Below are positions 16,862 to 23,593 of a DNA stretch of 23,593 nt, piece by piece. Below the pieces are notes generated by a model. It saw only the letters and a list, made by a program, of their open reading frames with translations, searched no databases and had not been told where the DNA came from. Numbering within the stretch: the first letter of the stretch is position 1; every line of letters begins with the position of its first letter. The translations under genes and the position numbers were made by a program. Origin of the DNA: a bacterium (GTDB lineage Bacteria > Electryoneota > Electryoneia > Electryoneales > Electryoneaceae); the NCBI GenBank assembly GCA_043801585.1, contig JAZDLX010000097.1, forward strand, positions 1-23,593, read 5' to 3'.

Positions 16862-17121
16862 TCCTCGGACGTGTCAGCGGTGCGATTCATTCCACCATCA
16901 ACCACCCTTTCTACGACGGCAAGCGGCTGCTGATCGTTGACCGCATCAATCCGGACGGTACCGACACGGGCAAATACCTCATCGCCATCGATTCAGTGGA
17001 CGCTGGGACGGGCGAAACTGTGCTCGTCATCGACGAGGGCAATTCCGCACGCCAGATCGTGGACGACAGCACCGCCCCCCTCCGCTCGATCATCATCGGG
17101 ATTGTGGATTCTGTGGAATAA
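16858..17121 (+). CDS. BMC-P pentameric vertex protein (EutN/CcmL family), divergent
   Basis: ILGRVSGAIHST, IAIDSVDAGTGETVLV, EGNSARQI, IIGIVDSV. Confidence 0.92.
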   Translation: MILGRVSGAIHSTINHPFYDGKRLLIVDRINPDGTDTGKYLIAIDSVDAGTGETVLVIDEGNSARQIVDDSTAPLRSIIIGIVDSVE

Positions 17122-17220
17122 CAATCATTTATAACGTCCTTCTGCGGTCCTGACTCCTTATCGTCGTAACCTCCACGAGACAGAATTCACAAATTCCTTG
17201 TCTAATCAGGAGCGAATCTC

Positions 17221-17249
17221 TTGACTTGCGATAGTTCAGAAAATATTAT
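17221..17249 (+). promoter_or_regulatory. Sigma-70 promoter of the PPIase-receptor operon
   Basis: TTGACT (17221-17226)-N17-TATTAT (17244-17249); both boxes are 5/6 consensus. Confidence 0.8.
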
Positions 17250-17275
17250 GCAAACGTTTGCGTAAAACGTTTGCA
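17248..17275. promoter_or_regulatory. Tandem LacI-family operators over the transcription start
   Basis: ATGCAAACGTTTGCGT (core palindrome GCAAACGTTTGC, 17250-17261) and an adjacent GTAAAACGTTTGCA (17262-17275); central CG typical of LacI-family sites. Confidence 0.75.
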
Positions 17276-17291
17276 TCAAACGGAGAAACGC

Positions 17292-19064
17292 ATGCATTCC
17301 GTCACTGACGGACAGAAGGAAGATCCTTCACATCGCTCACGGGCTGTTTCTCGCGCTACGGTTGTTTCCGCACTGATTTCCGTGACGATCCCCCTGCTGT
17401 TCAGCCTGGTCCTTGCCGGCTGTTCACGATCCCATGACGGTAATGGGCGGGTGCTGGCGACGGTGGGCAAGACCACCATTTCCCTCGCCTCCCTCAATTC
17501 CCGATTGTCAAATCTCCAGCTGCGGATTGGCATTCCGGACAATGGCGACACCCGAAAACAGTTACTGCAGGGGATGATTGACGACCGCCTGCTGCTGCTC
17601 GAGGCGCAGTCGAGAGGGCTGGATCGGGATGCCCGGGCGAAGGCGTACCGTGCATCTCTTGAGCAACGCATTCTGCTTGACGAGTACGCTCGCCGCCATG
17701 TGCTTGTGTCGATTACGGTCAGCGAGGGGGAGTTGGAGACCCTCTTTGTCCGGTTGAACACAAAGGTCGAAGCGCGTCACCTTTTTGCGCAAACGTTTGC
17801 ACAGGCGCGTGCCTACCGTAACCGCCTGCTTCAAGGAGAGAGTTTCGAGGAGCTTGCGAAAGAGGCGTTTACCGATCCCCGGTTGCGAAACAACGGCGGA
17901 CTCCTGGAACCGTTTTCCGTGGACGAGATGGACCCCGCATTTGAACGCGCCGCCTTTGAACAGCCGTTGTACAGCATTTCCGAACCAGTCGAGTTGAAAC
18001 ACGGCTACAGCATCATTCAGGTGCTGTCGAGAACGACCCGGCCGCTGTTGACCGAGCAACAGTTCATCGAGAAGAAGCAGGACCTCGAAAAATTCCTGCG
18101 AGCCCGCAAGCGACCCGAAGCCTTCAAACGTCATGCCGATTCTCTTCGCACCAACGTCCTTCACCTTGAATTCGATCCAGTTCTGTTGTCAGCCCTTTTC
18201 CAGGAAATGCAATCCGCACGAAATGCCGAGGGACCCCTGATACAGGTTGTCCGTTCTCAACTTGATCCGGAGATGGCCGGACGGACCCTTGCGCGGGTAC
18301 AGTCCGGCAAAGTCACCGTGGCGGAGGGGGTCGAGCTCTTGAAACAGGCGACTTCGTCGGAACTGGAATGGGTCCTCAGCAGCCGGGATCTCGAGGATCT
18401 GATTGCGGGCGTTCTGTTGCGGGACCGGATGCTTGCCATTGCCCGCAAGGAAAAACTTCACAAAACGAATAGCTACAACTCCTCGGTAAACGAGGAGTTC
18501 GACATGTATCTGGTGCAGAGGATGAGCGACTCCATTGTCGCCGAGAGCGAGATCCCGATGGACACCCTCCGCGCCTTTTTCAACCGCAATTCGTTCCTCT
18601 TTCGCCGCCCCGACGCCATCCAATTGAAAGGCATCCAGGTGACGGATGCGCGGACGGCTGATGAGATCGCCCGGCGCCTCGAAAACGGGGAGAGCTTCGC
18701 GGATCTCGCCAGCCGTTTTTCCGTTCACCCGGAGAGCGCCGCACGCGGCGGAGACCTGGGGGTGTTCACCAAAGCGAGACTCGGACCGCAGGTATACGGT
18801 GTCTGGGCACTGCAACAGGGGGACTGGATCGGGCCGGTGAAGACGGAAAACGGGATGTTCAGTTTCTTCCAGGTCACGGATCGTCTGGCGGCGAGAATCG
18901 CACCATTCGATGAAATCATTCCGGATGCAATCCGTGAGTACAGGAAGATGTACCGACAGCAAATCCTTTCGGACTTCGCCGGTCAACTTCGTCGGAACAC
19001 CATCGTCAAGGTCAATGAAGAGGTATTGCTGCAGCCGCGACATGAAAGCGAAGGAGCGCTATGA
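17292..19064 (+). CDS. Parvulin-type peptidyl-prolyl isomerase / SurA-PrsA-like foldase, probable lipoprotein
   Basis: Lipobox LVLAGC; two PpiC-like domains (VEARHL...GESFEELAK...GGLL...AFERAAF...ISEPV...GYSIIQV and GESFADLASRFS...GGDLG...IGPVKT). ATG 17292 after GGAG; the TTG at 17271 lies within the operator. Confidence 0.88.
   Translation: MHSVTDGQKEDPSHRSRAVSRATVVSALISVTIPLLFSLVLAGCSRSHDGNGRVLATVGKTTISLASLNSRLSNLQLRIGIPDNGDTRKQLLQGMIDDRLLLLEAQSRGLDRDARAKAYRASLEQRILLDEYARRHVLVSITVSEGELETLFVRLNTKVEARHLFAQTFAQARAYRNRLLQGESFEELAKEAFTDPRLRNNGGLLEPFSVDEMDPAFERAAFEQPLYSISEPVELKHGYSIIQVLSRTTRPLLTEQQFIEKKQDLEKFLRARKRPEAFKRHADSLRTNVLHLEFDPVLLSALFQEMQSARNAEGPLIQVVRSQLDPEMAGRTLARVQSGKVTVAEGVELLKQATSSELEWVLSSRDLEDLIAGVLLRDRMLAIARKEKLHKTNSYNSSVNEEFDMYLVQRMSDSIVAESEIPMDTLRAFFNRNSFLFRRPDAIQLKGIQVTDARTADEIARRLENGESFADLASRFSVHPESAARGGDLGVFTKARLGPQVYGVWALQQGDWIGPVKTENGMFSFFQVTDRLAARIAPFDEIIPDAIREYRKMYRQQILSDFAGQLRRNTIVKVNEEVLLQPRHESEGAL
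17786..17803. promoter_or_regulatory. Possible auxiliary LacI-type operator inside the PPIase gene
   Basis: TGCGCAAACGTTTGCACA contains the same 12-bp palindrome as the promoter operator, 539 bp downstream. Confidence 0.45.
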
Positions 19065-21832
19065 ACGACTTCGCAAAAGGTGTTGTTCTCACATTTCTGT
19101 TGCTGATGATTCCGGTGCTTCCGGTTGTTGCACAAACCGGTGGCAAAATCGTCGGCAGAGTGGTGGACGCGACGAATGACGATCCGATGAGCGGAGCCAA
19201 TATTCATATTCGCGGCACCTCGCTGGGATCGTCAACGGATCTGGACGGACAGTATTTCATCCTCCGTGTACCGCCGGGAATCTGCACCATCGAGGTCTCC
19301 TACGTCGGCTACAAAACATCAGTCATCGAGAACGTGTCGGTGTCCATCGGCCTGACGACGACGTTGAACGTGAAGATGACGCCGACGGCGATTCAGGCGG
19401 GGGAGGAGGTGATCTATATCGCCGAGCGTCCGCTGGTGCGGAAGGACCAGACCTCGATGGAGTCGCACGTTCGTTCCGAGGATATCGAGTTGATGCCGGT
19501 CGAAGACTTGAACGATGTACTTGACATGCAGGCGGGAGTGACCCGTGACGCGACGGGCGGGCTGCACATCCGCGGGGGGCGGTCCACGGAGGTCAATTAC
19601 CTGGTCAACGGAATCAGCATCACCGACGATTACAACAAGGGGCAAGCCCTCGCGGTGGCGAATGAAGCCATCGCCGAGTTGCAGATCATCAGCGGCACCT
19701 TCAATGCCGAGTATGGCAACGCGATGAGCGGGATCATCAACCTGGTGACGAAGGGTGGATCGAACACGTATACCGGTCGGGTTGAGACGGAATTCGGGGA
19801 TTACGTGAGTTCGCGGACGGAGATCTTTCCCCACATCGACAGCGTCTCGCCGACGGCAGTCTCCAATTTGACCGCCACGCTCAGCGGGCCGATCGTCCGT
19901 GACAAGTTGACGTTTTTCGTTTCCGGACGCAGATCGCAAAACGACGGCTGGATATACGGGGAGCGGCGCTACCTGCCGCAGGGGCGGGGCAGAATCGTCA
20001 ACGACAGCACCACGATCGCCACATTGGGGGACGGCGCCTGGGTGCCGATGAACAACAACGGATCGTCCAACGGCCAGGCGGTCCTGCAGTGGCAGATCTC
20101 GCCGAAGATGGTTCTGAAGAGCGATTTCCTTGGCAGCGTCGCGAAGAGACGCAACTACGCCCACGATTACCGATACGACCCGGACGGCTACGGAACCAAC
20201 CACGACTTCGGCCATACGGAGATGTCCAAGTTCACCTACATGTTTTCGCACAAGACGTTCATCGAGGCCTCCCTGGCAAATCGTGAAAACGGCACATCCT
20301 ATTCGTTGTACGACGATCCGACCGATTCGCGGTATGTCCACCCCGATTCCCTGCTGCACCCTTCCTACACCTTCAGGAAGGCTGGAACTGACACGGTGTT
20401 CTTCAAACGCACCACGACCAGCAGGATCGCCAAGGTGGACTGGACGAGCCAGGTCAATTTACAGCACCAGGTCAAATCGGGACTGGATCTGCAGACGGAT
20501 CGGATTTTCTACGAAAGATTTACCCTGATCCCGGCGGTGGACGCGAACGGGCAGGAGATCGTACCGTTCCAACCGTCGGTTCTCGATGTCAGCGAAGCGG
20601 ACCACGACCGGTACGTCCGAACGCCGTGGAAGTTCGCCGGATACGTGCAGGACAAGATCGAATTCGAGAGTGTGGTGATCAACATCGGACTGCGCTACGA
20701 CTGGTTCGATCCCCAGGGGAAGATCCCGAACGATGCGGCCGACCCGAACATCTACCGGCCGCTGAAACTTTCGCACAAATACCATGACCTGAACGGGGAC
20801 GGGACGATTGACCTCGCCGAACAGGTTCCGGAGAATGAATTCAGCCTCGCCGAGCGTGAGAGTTTCTGGTACCACGGCACGACGACAAAGAGCCAGCTGA
20901 GCCCGCGTTTCGGCATCGCCTATCCGATAACCGACAAGGGGGTGATTCATTTCTCCTACGGCATTTTCCAGCAGATCCCGGAATACAGCCTGCTTTTCGA
21001 CAGTGACGAGCGCAAGCTGTTCGAGGCTGCGAAAATCTACGGTCCATTCGGGAACCCGGACCTGAAGCCGCAACGGACGACGATGTACGAGATCGGCCTT
21101 GCGCAGCAGCTGACGGATCAACTGGCGATCAACATCACGGGTTTCTCGCGTGACATTCGCAACTGGATCAGCAGCAGCGCCCAGATACCCACCTATGTCG
21201 CGGGCGTCTCGTATGTGACGATGATCAACCGGGACCTGGCGAATATTCGCGGAGTGACAGTCCAGCTCGAGGGGAGGATCTCGAATCAATTCCGGATCAC
21301 CGGCGACTACACCCTGCAGATCGCCGAAGGAACGAACTCGGCGCCCGAGGACGAATACTGGGCGCAGTTGAACGAAGAGGAACCGACGAAGGTGTTGACG
21401 CCGTTGAACTGGGACCAGCGACACACCTTCAACCTGACGGCACATTACGGAGGGGAGTCCTACGGGGTGACGGTGCTCGGACGGTACAACTCGGGCCACC
21501 CCTACACGCCGGAGATCCTGACGGGCGAGCTGACGGGCCGCAGCATTCTCGCCGGGCTTGCGGAAAACAGCCGGCGGATGCCGTCAGGCTTCAACATTGA
21601 CCTTTACGCCTACTACGCGATCGACATCCCCGGCGGCAAGATCCAACTTTCCCTGCAGGTGAAGAACCTGTTCGATGCCGCGAACCCGACATCTGTGTTC
21701 AGGGACACCGGCCTAGCGAATTACACCGTCAACGAAAGTCTCGTGGCCGGCGCCGACGAGGGGTATTTCATCCGGCCCGATTACTACTCCGAACCGCGAT
21801 CGATGCTGCTGGGAGTGCGCTATGAGTTTTAA
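19061..21832 (+). CDS. TonB-dependent receptor (carboxypeptidase-regulatory-like domain, plug, beta-barrel)
   Basis: Signal peptide, GKIVGRVVDA, HIRGGRSTEVNYLVNGI, SGTFNAEYGNAMSGIINLVTK, YVQDKIE, GLRYD, SPRFGIAYPI, GNPDLKPQRT, VKNLFD and C-terminal PRSMLLGVRYEF. Confidence 0.95.
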   Translation: MNDFAKGVVLTFLLLMIPVLPVVAQTGGKIVGRVVDATNDDPMSGANIHIRGTSLGSSTDLDGQYFILRVPPGICTIEVSYVGYKTSVIENVSVSIGLTTTLNVKMTPTAIQAGEEVIYIAERPLVRKDQTSMESHVRSEDIELMPVEDLNDVLDMQAGVTRDATGGLHIRGGRSTEVNYLVNGISITDDYNKGQALAVANEAIAELQIISGTFNAEYGNAMSGIINLVTKGGSNTYTGRVETEFGDYVSSRTEIFPHIDSVSPTAVSNLTATLSGPIVRDKLTFFVSGRRSQNDGWIYGERRYLPQGRGRIVNDSTTIATLGDGAWVPMNNNGSSNGQAVLQWQISPKMVLKSDFLGSVAKRRNYAHDYRYDPDGYGTNHDFGHTEMSKFTYMFSHKTFIEASLANRENGTSYSLYDDPTDSRYVHPDSLLHPSYTFRKAGTDTVFFKRTTTSRIAKVDWTSQVNLQHQVKSGLDLQTDRIFYERFTLIPAVDANGQEIVPFQPSVLDVSEADHDRYVRTPWKFAGYVQDKIEFESVVINIGLRYDWFDPQGKIPNDAADPNIYRPLKLSHKYHDLNGDGTIDLAEQVPENEFSLAERESFWYHGTTTKSQLSPRFGIAYPITDKGVIHFSYGIFQQIPEYSLLFDSDERKLFEAAKIYGPFGNPDLKPQRTTMYEIGLAQQLTDQLAINITGFSRDIRNWISSSAQIPTYVAGVSYVTMINRDLANIRGVTVQLEGRISNQFRITGDYTLQIAEGTNSAPEDEYWAQLNEEEPTKVLTPLNWDQRHTFNLTAHYGGESYGVTVLGRYNSGHPYTPEILTGELTGRSILAGLAENSRRMPSGFNIDLYAYYAIDIPGGKIQLSLQVKNLFDAANPTSVFRDTGLANYTVNESLVAGADEGYFIRPDYYSEPRSMLLGVRYEF

Positions 21833-23593
21833 AACGGTATACAGAGGGGGGAGACCACACCCACGTGACCTGATTCGCGGAACGTTCCTTGCGTTGATGC
21901 TGGCGCTGCCGCCTTTCGTTTCACTCGCCCAGATCGAAGGACATGTTCCCTCCGATCAACGCGGCAATTCCACCTTCCGCCGGTTTACCAACATGGATGG
22001 CAATTCAATCCGAGCATCGGTTTTCAACACCGGCATTTCCGGCGGTCCGAACGAGTGGCCGGAAGCCGTTCCCTTCGAATATCCCAAGAACACCGGCCGC
22101 ATCTATGTCTCGATCGTAGGGATCTGGATGGGCGGCGAGGTGACGGACGATTCGGGCAATCCGCTGAAGATCATTGACATGCCGATGTGGCGTGAAAGTC
22201 CAGCGGGCCAGTCGTGGACGATGGAGCCGGTTCAGGGATTCCTCAATCCGGATGCGACGGATTTCGCCCGGAGTGACGATCCGGAATCGTGGCCTCCGGC
22301 GAGCGAGGGCGGATGGCGGGACAAGCGGGACGATCCGGTTGATCCGGGGTGGGTCGGTTCGTGGAATGGATTCTTCGGCAAAGACATATTCAACGCCGAT
22401 CTCGAGCTTTATTACCGCACCAGCGACGACAGCTACGACCGTTACAACTATCTCCCGGATGAAACCGACCTCACCCGTCACGGCCTGGCATTGTTGATGG
22501 ATGTGAGAACGCTTGCGTGGACCCAGATCCTGATCAGCGACGTGGTTTTCTTCATCCATGACATCAAGAACGACGGGACGAAACGGATTCCGAAATGCTC
22601 CTTCCTGATCTTTCTTGCGGACTACGTCGGTGGTGACGGAACGGATGACGAGCCCTACGTGGACATCCAGACGGACATCGCCTTCCTTACCGATCTCGAT
22701 CGCATCGGAACGGAAGAGTTTGGATCGAATCCAGTGGGCGTGGCGTCCGTCAAGTACCTGGAGACGCCGGGCAACCAGGTGGACGGGATCGACAACGACG
22801 GGGACGCCGACGATCCGGAACTGTCGTCGATCCTCAACGGCATCGACGGCGACATCAACGTACGGGTGCCGCTGTTCACGGCGGACGATTTCCAGCCGCG
22901 CTTCATCAGCCCCGGCGACACCATCGTGCTGATTGACGATTCGACTTTCAGCCGGATCATCACCACCTATCCTTCAGGCGGCGGATCGGTGGTATCGCAG
23001 GGGAGAACCATTGACCTTCCCGCGGGCGGGAAGTTCGTCGAGGAGGACACATCGGCCAATTCGCTCGATGACGACCTGGACGGCCTGATCGACGAACGGG
23101 AGACGCTGCACCTTTACCGTTTCGACGAGATTTCCGGAACGGAAAAACCGGTGCGTTTTATTAATTACCTCTCCTTCGTGCCTGGCGATACAATCAAGCG
23201 AGGATTTGTCGTCGCCGGCACCGGCGTCGAAATGAACTACCAGAACGTCGCTCCAATGATTGACGAATCCCGTGACGACGGATTCGACAACGACGGCGAC
23301 TGGGATCTCATCTCGAACGACACGGGACTCGACGGAGTGCGTGATACGGACGATCCGGGGGAGGGGGACGGCTTGCCCACCAGCGGCACCGGAACGGATT
23401 TCCCCGGCGAGGCGAACCTCGACAAGACAGATGTCAGCGAGACAGATGCCATCGGCCTGACCGCCGCCTCGCAGGTCCAGGTGGGTCAGGTGTCGTTCCA
23501 GTCCCAGGATCAGTTTCTGTGGCAGCAGTTCATGGTACCGGGACAGTTCAACCTGCCTCGTCCGACGGGAGAGTACGACACCTACGTATCGAG
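21822..23593 (+). CDS. Large secreted acidic hypothetical protein with Asp-rich putative Ca-binding motifs (partial, runs off the window)
   Basis: Not in the ORF track. ATG 21822 after GGGAG overlaps the receptor stop by 11 bp. Reads MSFKTVYRGGRPHPRDLIRGTFLALMLALPPFVSLAQIEGH...MDGNSIRASVFNTG...FEYPKNTG...WNGFFGK...LETPGNQVDGIDNDGD...DDDLDGLIDE...MIDESRDDGFDNDGDW...PGEANLDKTDVSETDAIGLT, open to the window end. Confidence 0.88.
   Translation, partial: MSFKTVYRGGRPHPRDLIRGTFLALMLALPPFVSLAQIEGHVPSDQRGNSTFRRFTNMDGNSIRASVFNTGISGGPNEWPEAVPFEYPKNTGRIYVSIVGIWMGGEVTDDSGNPLKIIDMPMWRESPAGQSWTMEPVQGFLNPDATDFARSDDPESWPPASEGGWRDKRDDPVDPGWVGSWNGFFGKDIFNADLELYYRTSDDSYDRYNYLPDETDLTRHGLALLMDVRTLAWTQILISDVVFFIHDIKNDGTKRIPKCSFLIFLADYVGGDGTDDEPYVDIQTDIAFLTDLDRIGTEEFGSNPVGVASVKYLETPGNQVDGIDNDGDADDPELSSILNGIDGDINVRVPLFTADDFQPRFISPGDTIVLIDDSTFSRIITTYPSGGGSVVSQGRTIDLPAGGKFVEEDTSANSLDDDLDGLIDERETLHLYRFDEISGTEKPVRFINYLSFVPGDTIKRGFVVAGTGVEMNYQNVAPMIDESRDDGFDNDGDWDLISNDTGLDGVRDTDDPGEGDGLPTSGTGTDFPGEANLDKTDVSETDAIGLTAASQVQVGQVSFQSQDQFLWQQFMVPGQFNLPRPTGEYDTYVS

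Noticed and set aside
11263..17121. Ethanolamine/propanediol metabolosome or carboxysome assignment
   Set aside because: No eutBC, pduCDE, glycyl-radical enzyme or RuBisCO; the signature enzymes are RpiB and DeoC.

Overview
Bacterial genomic window from a GC-rich diderm. The type of TonB-dependent receptor suggests an FCB-superphylum lineage (KSB1/Calditrichota/Zixibacteria-like; inference). From left to right: (1) the 5' part of a TonB-dependent receptor (minus strand, runs off the window); (2) a TetR regulator with a palindromic operator, followed by an ICMT-family membrane methyltransferase; (3) a sulfate-uptake operon (OprO/P-like porin, sbp, cysT, cysW, cysA) with a clear sigma-54 promoter and a divergent sigma-54 activator whose start lies in a decayed 32-bp tandem repeat; (4) a hypothetical gene among REP-like palindromes; (5) a sugar-phosphate-utilisation (SPU)-type bacterial microcompartment locus: RpiB-DeoC fusion, two BMC-T, one BMC-H, three BMC-P and an acylating aldehyde dehydrogenase, with no PduL, alcohol dehydrogenase or acetate kinase; (6) an operon with a sigma-70 promoter and LacI/PurR-type operators encoding a parvulin PPIase lipoprotein, a TonB-dependent receptor with an EF-hand-like loop, and a large acidic secreted protein (truncated, absent from the ORF track). 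The best candidates for new biology are the SusD-less receptor/foldase/acidic-protein import module next to the SPU microcompartment, and the sigma-54-controlled sulfate uptake module. All calls come from reading motifs by eye; no searches were run.
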